Assembly (NCBI GenBank): GCA_001687465.1
Contig: LVLI01000217.1
Location: forward strand, 62,001 to 126,000
Direction of reading: 5' to 3'
DNA: 64,000 bases
Source: Halocafeteria seosinensis
Lineage: Eukaryota
Shown here: positions 37,940 through 50,668 of the stretch, piece by piece
Position numbering within the stretch: the first letter of the stretch is position 1
Layout of the letters: the number at the start of each line of letters is the position of its first letter
Position numbers and translations under genes: made by a program
Notes under the pieces: generated by a model
What the model saw: the letters and a program-made list of their open reading frames with translations, nothing else
Database searches by the model: none
What the model was told of the DNA's origin: nothing

Positions 37940-38435
37940 ACGAAGTCAGTATCGCAAATAATTTCATGCCGTTCATTCAGTCCTTATGCTAGCCGTTAAT
38001 GTTGTAGAAAAAGTCGTTGTGTGATCTGGGTATTACAGTGCAATACGCACTTCCACTGCAGCAACGTCTACTGAATTGGCCGTGCCGGCCCAGGGTGGAA
38101 GTCCTAACCACAGTTGCTTAGCAATAGCAATAACACACACAAACATTCTTTCTCCCACCTCAGCACTGCCAACCTGAGTAACCGTGGGCAGTTAATTCTA
38201 ATAGAATTTCCTATCACTAATAAGTTGTAGTTTGTTAAGGTAGGCCGCGGGTTCCGCACCCGGTTGGAGCCTCAACTTGGAGGAAGCTCCGAAATTCTAG
38301 AACGAGTAACGTTACGAGTTGTATATTGGTTTGTTGGGTCCGAACAGCCACGCGTAACAAGATCTACAATTTTCCCTCTCCTTGCTTATCATTCACCAAT
38401 CAAGGTCTCTCGCGCTTGCACGGTACTAAAGAATC

Positions 38436-39993
<1,558 letters not shown>

Positions 39994-40042
39994 GGCTTTT
40001 AGTCGGTAGTAAGTGGACTTCAATATACATCTGGGTTCCTTT

Positions 40043-43000
40043 TCAAACCAGGCGTGTAGTATGATGTGGTAGACTCTCGCGCGACTGTTTGAAGTACTTT
40101 GCAAATGCCTCATTACACCATTCCTGTGATACCAACACCCGACACCCAGAGAATGAGAGTATGAAGTCCCCGTGTTGATAAGAAGAGTGGTACGGGTTAT
40201 TATGACCATCTCTGAACATCTTCGCCAGCAGTAGCGTGTAACTGTTAATGGCTACTTGCGGCACGAAAACAGTATGAGTCCTAATGTCCACACCATAAGG
40301 ACCCATAACCATCGCATGCAACAATTCTGCTTGCTCCCAGAGCGAGTGGTGGATGTATGGAGAATTAGTCTTTTTATTGGCAAACAGCAGATCTCCCCCG
40401 GACCACATTCTGAGGAAGTTGCGCGACCACTCACTGTTCCGGATAGCAAAAATGCCTGTATTTAACATGAATGCGTCTTCGGAAACAACGAAATCTGGAA
40501 CGACGTCAAATTCAGCAGTTTTAACTGCATTGACAATAAAGGTCGAAATACTGATATTGAGGTTCATGAAAAAAGAGTCACAGTCCATCCATACAACCCA
40601 GTCGTGATCCTTCAGGTGCTTGGCCACTAGTGACACTTTACCCCATGCAGGAGGTCTCTGGTAAACTGGAGACTTCGTGTGAAGGTAGCAGCTAACGTTC
40701 TGTGCTTCACAGTAATCTAGTTTATTACTGAAACTGTACGCCGTCAGCGGGGAAGATGCAGCGTCATACTGGCAAAGAGTGACAAGTCCAATGTCGAGGA
40801 AAGATCTGGCCGCTTCCGATGCCGGAGTGTCTTCCTTCCCCTCACTTATCCGCTTTGGCAACTTATAGCTAGACGGATTACAAGCGTACTCATCGGATGG
40901 ACACTTGAAATGTAATGGGACAGGTCCTGGTCCTGAAACCAGCCCTGAAAGGCGAGGGGTATCCTGCTCAGGTCCATGAAGTACTTGCGTAACTAGTCTT
41001 TCATACCTACTGAACAACTTCCAGCTATTGCTTATGTTCGCAACTCGAGACTCGGTTTCGTGGTCCAGTAGTTTAACTCGTTCCAAATGATGCATACCAA
41101 CGTTGACAGACCTTCTTCTTTCCGCTTCCAGGAGATGACCCATCCACTTCATTAAAACCAAGGCTGAAATCTTAGGAACCTTGACATCGACAGTGAGCGA
41201 ACTCCAAGAAAGCGCCAGCTGAACCATAGTAGCACCAGCTCGCGCATCGGAGTCCAAATAGTATAACATTGATGCCGCGTACAACACCCTTATTTGAATC
41301 GCACTTGACGGATACATCTTCGAGACGCTGGCATCCGCGAGATTTGGGTAGCAGATTCGTTCCTCTGGGGACAATTGGTGGCATGGCACATGGGTTCTGG
41401 AGGCAGCATATAGTGGTGGAGATAAACCTGCCCAGCGGAAGAGATGAGAGTTTGCTTGTTTGAAGTGACCGTCACGGGCGAACCCAATAGCCTTTTCTAT
41501 TAGGCCCCTGAACTGATTTAGAAGACTGTTGCGCATCTGAAGAAGGAGTGAGCTGCTGAAGCTAACATTCATTTGGGGAAACACCAGTTTGGCGACAGAA
41601 GCGTCTGGAACTTCTCCCCGGTTGCACCACTGAATAAGTTTTGCCATTTGTCCTTTATCGATAGGTGCTACCCCGTTCTGCATCAGGGAGTTGTTTAGAA
41701 GTTCCTGCTGGTACTCAGGTGGCAATAAGGTCCAGGCCTGAGCACTGTAATTAGATATGAGTCGCAGCTCTTGTAGAGCACTCCTTTCCACTGCTTCAGT
41801 ATCCACCGGTTGGACACCTTTTCTTGTTCCCAATATTACTGAGGAAAATGCGGCCATCGGGTCCCGGTTTTGCTGTTCGCCCCTGGAACGCAGTACCTTC
41901 GAGAACCTCTCTGCCATATTCTCAAAGAGAGTATCAACATGTTCATGTAACGTGCGAAAATAATGTTGAAATGTTTGATACGCTGTCTGACGTAATCGTT
42001 CTTCCTGAGATGTGGGAATCGTGCTCAAATACTGCACCAATGAATCCAATCCACTGCTGCTGGTGTCATTCCATGAAATGGAAAAAGAGTCCCAAGACAG
42101 GAAGTCATGAAAAGGTTTAGCAGAATGCCCTGAATAATTGATCGAAGCGATAAGTAGCTCGTTCATCCTCTTTGGTCATTCAGATATTCACCTACCTAGC
42201 ATCACAGGGATGCTCCCCGCCGCCATTATTTCTAACACACGATAGCTATGAGTCCCTTCTCCAGGTACCACGAGAGAATATCTTGATCCCAATAATAGAT
42301 CTTCGTACGAGTACTGCTCGCATAACCAGAAATAAAATGATGCGATCGTGCAACATACACAAAAAATTGCCGGTGAAACACGTACCCTCGACCCCAGTTC
42401 CTTCGCTTCGTCGCAACTACTGCCTCTCATGGTCACAAGCTGTTCCTTTCTTCCACTTGCACAATTGATTGAAACCTGTACCCTTAGATATTGACCAATA
42501 AAGACATTGGGATCATAAACTGTTGGCGACGTCCTACCTGCTCGCATGTTGCTATCATCACTACGCCATCGTACTGGTTCAATGGGGGGAGCAGGTTGCG
42601 TACATACGAAGGATGGCTTTCACCTACAGCATACCGCATTCCTCTAAATGCAAGGAGTAGCTTTCTTTCTGAGGATAGAACGTCGCTCTCTGTTAAGTTA
42701 TCAAACTTATGAAGATGAGCAAACATCGGATATCGGCAACGGTAGAAACTAAGAGGAATAGCCACGTCAAAGTTGTCCCGGAAGCTCGTTAGTCCCGGAA
42801 CTTTTTTCGTTGCGTCGGAACCTCGGAACATCGTCTTATCGAACTCCGGTCCGTAGCTCGATACGGCTAGAACTGCATATCCGATGTTGACGCCTATTTC
42901 ATGGTCCCCGAAATTGAACAGCAGATGATTCTTCCCATTGTTCCAGTAAGGCAACTTCCACAGTCTCATTGGCACTGTACACACCGTTCTCTTACTTAAT

Positions 43001-44106
43001 TGCCATTCAAAAAACCTTGAAACGGATTCTGACTTACGTTCTTCGTCTGCTATGCTATGCTGATTAGCAATGGAGAGAGTGTCTACGGATGGTATGAGTA
43101 AGCATGCTTCCGTCCTGTTCATCGTTCTCTTTGGGTGTTTGTAGAGCAACTTAAAAAGTTCATAGGTCTCGTGCAGCAGATATTGTGTCTCGTCATCAAG
43201 AGGATACAAGTAGAAGCGAAACGTTCGGCTATTGGCACACCACGGTTGTTCTTGTGCCGGAGTCATACACGGCTCTCTACCAAACTGACATTTATACCTA
43301 TCATCGACGTGCATAGCTACAGATGTGGAGTGCAAAGGACCGGGCCCCTGAGGAATGCAGTACCCAAACCCTTCATCTTTGCCAAGTGTCCAGAGGGAAA
43401 GCTGCAAAATGCAAGAAGCGAGTGTGGTCCAATATTCTTCCCAAGCACTTACGCAGCACCTACCGAAATCTTTGCAAACTTGAACCCGGTGAAGGAAATT
43501 GCTTTGCCTACTACCACTGAGTAGCACCTTCCGGTTTCCTGCATGGACAGCAAGACTAGATATTTAACTGTAAGCCTTAGCCTTATTGAGGTCACTCACT
43601 GCGTTCTGCTGGTTCGAAGTTGCACACAGACACAGCGAATCCGTTGAATAGTTGCCTGGAGACTTCCTCTCGGCCATGATCGTCACCTGACAATCGTGCA
43701 ATTTTTCTGTGCACAGCGCATCAGATCTTGGATAGAGAACTCGTATTTCATAGGGTGTCGGCTGTTGAAATGGCCGTCTGCCGGGGGATGATGGCAATCC
43801 AAAAAGCGGGTTAGTTTCTAAACATTGGAACTCTGGACAAGCGCTTACCTTTCCGTCACCTCCTCCTGTGAAAGAACATCTGAGTTCTCGTCTGCAGCGA
43901 CCTCCTGAACAATCAGGAAACGTACGAGCAAGCTGATGAAGAACCAGCATTGGGGGTTCATTGCGATGGATTTCCAACCAACGCCTCTCGCTTGCAATAA
44001 CGTAAACGCTGCAGTCTGCAACCAAATATAACGTAAAGAATTCGGTATTCAGGGAGCCTCTCGTGCATTCGAGAATTCGAGGAATCTGCCTAAGTGCGTT
44101 CCTCAC
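40043..44106 (-). CDS. Bifunctional glycosyltransferase: exostosin/GT47 domain + helical linker + GT34 (GMA12/MNN10) domain; multi-exon, 5' end unresolved (~44100-44280)
   Basis: GT47: FYLYP, EACLLIP, LPYWNNGKNHLLF, SRYSLVVPGEGTHSYRVLEIMAAGSIPVMLG spliced to HSAKPFHDFLSW. GT34: NKLDYC, RPPAWGKV, DWVVWMDCDS, LNTGIFAIRNSEWS, WEQA, YQHGDFILSFSG. Confidence 0.85.
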
Positions 44107-44406
44107 TCCTGGGTATAGCCGGAACCACCAAAAGATTGCCCATCACAGAGTCTTGGCCCGCTCCCAGTAAAACTATTAACACAGGTTTCCCTACTCTAGG
44201 ATGGGGCTCCTCGTGCTACCTAACAACACTTGTAGCCCCGTTGCCAGAGTTGCCAGAGGCAACGAACCAAGTGCCATAAATGATTGTCTCATTGCTCTCG
44301 GCTTCACAAACAGCATTTTTCGACAGGAGTTGAGTTAGACTCCATCGGATGGAAATGATGGGAACTGTGATGTCCCAAAACATTAAAGTGGTGGGTGGTG
44401 GATAGG

Positions 44407-45783
44407 ATGAAGAGAATACGCAATGCCATAGGAGGCCGTGGAAGCGCATTTGTAGGAGAAGGAAACGAGGATACCGAGGAAGTATCTAATCGAGCAAAGA
44501 GTGGAGGAGCTGATGAGGGTTCCAGTTCCAAAAAACCCTGTTACAAACAGGGCCTGGTGCAGCGACAATCAACTGCTAAACTGTTGAGTTATTTCTTTCC
44601 GGGGCGAGCCTCTAAGTCGCTCCTCTGGAGAGTCTTCATTGCTCTCGTGGCCCTGGCCGTATCTGTCGGGGTAATTGCGCACTTGGTATCCTACGACGTG
44701 TCGGTCGCCATAGCATCCATGGTGCGAAGTCCCAACTGCAATAAAGAGCCATCTGGTTGGACTCCGCCGGTGGAGTATAAAGTGATGCCTCATCCTTCCG
44801 AAGCCAGATACGACAATTCCCGAGGGTCACCCAGGCTCCGTGGAGAGACTGTTGAGAAGTAAGGACATAGCGCTCATGTCTTTGTGAGCTTTAAGGTATG
44901 TTGTGAGACAATGACGATGCAGTGAGCTACCAATTGGCATGTCCATCGAAGGGGTACCGAACGCCTTCCATGCCGACTCAATGGAGGTGGACCAGGTACG
45001 TCATACCACACGGGCTGAGAGAGTCGAGCATACCACTGCCTGAAAACGGTAACCATCAGGTAGCATCCGAGGAAATCGGCATTTATCGAGTATATTCGAG
45101 AAACGAGATTTATTCGCCAACACTAGGACAAAGGAATCTTGAATGCTATGCTGATACGCATGGCTACACTCTTGCCGATGGCAACCAGTTTATCGATGCC
45201 ACGAAGCCTCTAGCGTGGACGAAAATCATTGCGGCTCAGCACCTCCTCCCACAGTTTAAATGGATTTTCTACATAGATGCTGACGCCCTCATCGTAGAAC
45301 CTTCCAGAAAGCTTGAGCGACTCTTGGACAAACGCTACGACCTCATTATAACCGCAGACCAGGAAGGAGTAAACAGGTACAATTGCACAGTATACTTGTG
45401 ACGATTGCACGCCTCTCTATATCTTCTTCTTCTGTTCCCGCAGCGGAGCCTTCTTCTTGCAAAATACTGCTTGGAGTAGAGAATTTCTCCAGCGCTTAAT
45501 GAAGCAAGACCATTTGATATCCGCGGTTTCAGCACCTTTCTTGTACGAGCAGAGGGCGTTCCATTACCTGTTGCAGGTTGACAGATCGGTTCGGCAGCAT
45601 ATGAAGATACTTCCTTCGTGTTTCTTCAACAGCCGTCTCGAAGTGCCTTTCTGGCATCCCGATTTGTACATACCGGGTCATTTTGTGATTCATATGGCAG
45701 GGAAGCACAAACGGGAAAAAGCTGCCCTCATGTTACCCTTTCGAGAGAAGGCACTTCAGTTGTGCCCCTATAAACATTATTAA
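44407..45783 (+). CDS. GT34 (GMA12/MNN10 family) type II membrane glycosyltransferase; 4 exons
   Basis: TM VFIALVALAVSVGVIAHLV; YADTHGY, AWTKI, WIFYIDADA (DxD), GVN|SGAFFLQNTAWSREFL across intron 45376-45443, YEQRA, PGHFVIHMAG. Confidence 0.88.
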
Positions 45784-45831
45784 TACAATGCTTGCCTAGT
45801 TGCATGCCCAGAAAAAATGTGTTTCTGTCGT

Positions 45832-46820
45832 TCATTTTTTCTCTTTCCTCCTCTTTTTAGATTTCTTCACGCTGGCATCCGATGACTCCTCCTCGGCTAC
45901 CCTTTTCTTCTTCTTTTCTTTCTTCTTTCCCTTTGCGGTAGCTTCGGATGCTGAAGCATCAGGCTTGTCGTCACGTTCGTCTTCTTGATTTCCCAAGAAT
46001 TCCCCTTCAGCAGACACAGCAAACCCGTTCTCTAGGGATGTGCCGTCTGGTTGAGCATTATCATGGTGGACAATGCCAAGTATAGCAGACAGGTCACGCT
46101 TGGAGTAGTTTGAAACTCTTTTGTTGTGCAGGAAGCGTCTATAGCTGCAAAATAAACGAGACATATACAAACGAAAATCGAAAGACTCGCAAGAAACAGA
46201 AAACGTACTGAAGTCCCTTCGTTGTGTAAGTTTGCTCCGAAGTGCTTTCAGCGGTACTGGTAGTCGTCGTGGATGCGGTGTAGCTCTTCTCCTCTCTGCT
46301 GCCCTCATCTGATTTACTCTTCTTCTTTTCTGCAAGCTTCAAATAGTGAGAAAATAGTACTAAGTCCCCGTGACTTTCGTTTACAGTCTCTCATTCCACA
46401 CGTACTCTTTTTCCCGCTGCTCTTCTTCCGCTCTGATGCAGAGACGTTCTTGTATTGGGCGCTCAAACTCGTCAGTAACGAGTTGAACGCATGAAAACCC
46501 CGCGCCAATGTGTTGTCGCCCGTAGCATCATTTTCGGCGCCTAGGCCTTCTCTGCTAGTCTTTTTTTCGATCTTCACATGCGTTTTCATCCCATGTTCGT
46601 GTTTTCCGAGGCCCTTCCCTTCGCTCCACCCCATTTTCTGGAGCATTTTGTAGCCGAATTTGGTTTTATCTGCACGCTCAAAGTAATGGCGTCTCACGTA
46701 AGCATGGTCTAGAGTGCATACATGGTCTTAAACGAGGCACGTACCTTTGGCCCAGGCCTTATTCTGGGTATCCTCCAACGCCACCGCAGCACCATCATGC
46801 CGGGGTTGAGGTGACTCCAT
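45832..46820 (-). CDS. PINX1: PinX1/Gno1/Pxr1 G-patch protein; multi-exon
   Basis: DTQNKAWAK|DKTKFGYKMLQKMGWSEGKGLG, GLGA, FNSLLTSL, RRFLHNKRVSNYSKRDLSAILG, and a KKE-rich tail. Confidence 0.85.
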
Positions 46821-47156
46821 TGTTTCTCCCTCTCTCACGCTGTTCTCTTTGGATGGATGGTATCCGTCCTCTACAAAAAGAAACACACAGACGCACAGAT
46901 CCCATTCGGACAAGCACTCGCAGCATATCATACTGTATACGATGCAAAGCCGAAATGACTCATAGGCCGGCTATCCGGGCGTAAAGCCCGGATAAAACCC
47001 AACAAACAAACCTTGGGCCTTACTTGGAGCACCGAAAGGCGTGCACATACAAGACTGTTTCAGAGTATATTGGTCGATGTTTGGGTGGATAGTGTTTCTC
47101 AGGTAATAGTTCTTTTGTGTTCGTACATCGTCATCGAAGGAGGTAGAAGAAAAGAT

Positions 47157-48684
47157 ATGGATTTCATTGAAAACCAAGGGCAGCAGTACCCTCAGCTGGC
47201 GAATCGCTATGAGACCTTGGCAGATTTCTACTCCAAAAAGTAAGCTCTCATTTCACCCTCAGTTTGCAGTCGGAGCAAGGAATTTCGTTGCGAGGACGCT
47301 GTGATCGTGAAGCAACTACCTTATGTTGAACTGGTGGACTTATTTGATTCGCAGGCTATGGCATCAATTGACCGAGGAACTACTGGATTTTCTCCAGGAT
47401 CCGAATACGAACAAAGGGGATAATTATATACAGGTTCGTAGCTTTTCTGGATACTACTGGATGTCGCTCTTCTTTGCCAATTCGCTGCAACACCTGATCA
47501 TTTGGTTGCAGTTGTATCATAACTTTGTGGAAAAGTGCCAGGATAAACTGAACCAGTTGCAGCTGGCTCGAATTGCCACGTATGCAGCCAACCAATATGT
47601 CAATACTGGACGACCTTCCAATTCAGAAATTGATCAGGCCATCGGCTTACTTGAAAGCCTGGCGAAACGTAGAGATGAAATTGGAGAACAAGCTTATGTG
47701 GTGGCTGCTCTGGAAATCGCCTCTTTACAGCTCAAGAAAGGAAACTCTCAGGCTTATTCCATTGATCTACCACAGAAGAAATCAGAAGGGAAACAGGGAA
47801 GCCAGAAAGAAGAGAAGGAGGAAGAAGATGAAAATAAGGAAGATGACGTGGCTATGACGGCAGAAGAGGAGGAAGAAGAAGATGATGAGAGTGCTCGAGG
47901 GCCACCTAGCGGAATGGATTTCTGCAAGAAGACCTTGGAACGGGAAGCGGTTACATTACAGTCTCTAAAGGGCAAAGGACTCGAACCGATAGTACCTGCG
48001 ACGTTCTATCGGGTTGCTTCGGAGTACTATAAAATGAGAGGTCCTGCAGCCTCTTACTTTACTAATGCGATGCAGTACTTAGTCCATACACCCCTGCAAT
48101 CCATGAAAGAAGATGATCGGCACAAACTGGCTGTAGATATCGCTTTGGCTGCGTTGGTCGGCACGAACGTCTACAACTTTGGGGAGTTGGTTAGTCATCC
48201 TATACTAGCATCTTTAGAAGGTACTGCCGAATCGTGGTTGAGCGACATGCTCCACACGTTTCAGCACGGTGACATTGAAGGGTTTAACAGACTGGTTGCT
48301 CAAAACCGCAACGCTTTTGAGCAGCAGCCGATTCTCTCTGCAAACGAAAATAGTGTAAAAGAGAAAATAGCTCTACTTGCCGTAATGGAAACAGGAGCTA
48401 AAAAGCCCCCTCAGGAACGAACTTTGACGTTTGACGAGATCGCCAAATCTACCCAGCTGAAGAAAGATCAAGTAGAGTGGGTACTGATGCGGGCCATGTC
48501 TCTCGGTCTAGTTAAAGGTCAAATTGATCAAGTTAGTGAAGAGGTGTCAATTACATATATCAAGCCGCATGTCTTGGATATGACTCAGATAGAGCGGTTG
48601 AAGACATCGTTGGGTTCTTGGCAGTCAAGTGTCCAAGATGCAAGGACACTAGTCGAGGACAATTCTATCGAATTGTTCAAGTAG
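47157..48684 (+). CDS. RPN9: 26S proteasome lid subunit RPN9/PSMD13; 3 exons
   Basis: FYSKK|LWHQLT, LVGTNVYNFGELVSHPIL, RTLTFDEIA, VEWVLMRAMSLGLVKGQIDQV. Confidence 0.95.
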
Positions 48685-48722
48685 ATTGGCTATTACAGGG
48701 TGCAATGCAATAAAACATTATT

Positions 48723-50428
48723 CTAGCGCACCACGCCTGTAGTATGACGCACTTGGCGACGGCGACGAACTGGTGCTTCGTACTCTGAATCTTCACTTGA
48801 GTTGCCTTTTGATTCCACCTGTTTTTCTTCAGTTGCTTGCTCATCTGCATTCCACCGACGGCGGAGTAATCGGTTTCCGATGGTATCTGCAGATTCTTGG
48901 GAATGTTCTTCGGGTTCCTCTATAAACGCTAATGCTGGAGATTCGTCTCCCGGGTGATCAGAGTCGGAGCTTGCCTCTTTTTCATCAGAAGAATTCTCTT
49001 CTTCCTGTTCCTCGTGGCGATTGTAGCTAATCCGTCGCCTCCTCGTTTGCTCCGGCCGATTAGTTCTCCCCCTCGACACAGAAGAGCTGGACAAAGTATT
49101 AAAACGGTTACTCTGCGCATCTTCTCGCTTTTGCTTAGCGGAAGGATTCGGCGGAAATTGCCTGAGCCTATGCGTCTGCACTTGACGTTTAGTTCGGTTC
49201 ACTTGCTCTAGTAAGCTTGCCAGTGATTCCTCAGTGTCCAGTAGTTCTGGGGGGTTACACAACGCTAAAAGAGCCATTAACGTGGGGAATGAAGAAAACG
49301 CACGTACCATCGTCATCGCATCGGGACGCAGAGTACGATATCAGCCTCGTCAAAACCGGTAAACACCAAGCAGATACTAGTACCTGCCCACGCTTCCTCA
49401 TTTTCCCCAATGGCTGAACGATATATGGGCCTCCCTGCTTAATCATGGGCGCGACGACCCCAGAGTATACGTGAGAGACGAGCAATTCTTGCTGGGAGAA
49501 AAGCCAAAAGAGAATGAGTAAAGCGACGGTGAGGCGAATAACTCCAGAAATCCGACGCTTACTGAACCGGGAAACAAATACATCCACAAGATTATGAGAC
49601 GCAGCTCTCGTGCATAAATCCTGTAAGAGGCATAGGGCACTATAAAGACACGAAGCACGTCAGACAAGACTGTAGGAACATGGGACTAACCATCCGTGCA
49701 TCGCAGCCCAATTCAAGAAGCCGAAAATTATCCCTGGAAACATGCAGCACACACAGCCGGTCGTTAATGTTACCAGTGGGAGTCCTCTAGACCGTCAACA
49801 TACAGAATCGCAGTGCATCCTCGCTTCTAGGCAATATATAATCTGATAACGGCAGTTGAGGGCTCTGTCTAGCCATACTTCGTCGGTAGTGGTCCACTTG
49901 GGACTCGTCGCTCCTCCGCCCGCCAGAAGCTTGCTGCTCCTGTGATCGGTTACTAAAGTCGACAGGTGGTACTTGCTCGTCATCCGAAGAATGCTTGGCG
50001 TCTTCTTCAGGATTGTCGGTGTCATTATCTCGCTGGTCATTGTTGGTCGTGCTATCGGGGTTCGGCATGAAAAAGCTCATGAAACAGCTCGTTATCCAAT
50101 GAAAGCCTTCCTGTTGTTGTTGCTGAGTTGTGGATTCCACGTCCGGAGTGGCATCGCCTCTCTGCTGTGTATCATCGTTGTTTCCTCCCAAAACCATTCG
50201 TGATAAACGGCGAGCATCAGAACGCGCATCGGCACGAACTACTTTCGCCGTTCTGTATCCAGCCGCTATCAGTCCGAGCACTCTGAATCCAGTTCAATAG
50301 AGAGTGAGACGATAATGAATAAACATACACGCAACCATATCGACACTGAAGAGCGTCATGAACTATATGTAGAACCACTGGCGTTGGACGACTTACGTGA
50401 GGATATCCATGAGAGCCTCCGCCACCAT
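48723..50428 (-). CDS. TB2/DP1/HVA22 (REEP)-like membrane protein with an internal disordered insertion and acidic tail; multi-exon
   Basis: Spliced segments VLGLIAAGYRTAKVV ... ALRF|WIIFGFLNW ... IRLTVALLILFW..SHVYSGVVAPMI follow the HVA22 pattern. Confidence 0.55.
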
Positions 50429-50668
50429 TCCTTGTACCAAAAAAAAAGTCTGTCTTATGCAATACACAGTATACAATACCAAGTCGTACCGGTTTTGATA
50501 TCTGACATATGTATACAGTATAGGCTATAGCCTAGAGCGCAGGCTGCGCAGCTGGCTCCGTGATCTTCAACTTCAAGCTGCGGCTCCTGAATTCCAAAAC
50601 AACTTAACGGGATTGTTGAACAAACATGCTTCATATATATATGTCCCGGGTATATACTACTCTTTCTA

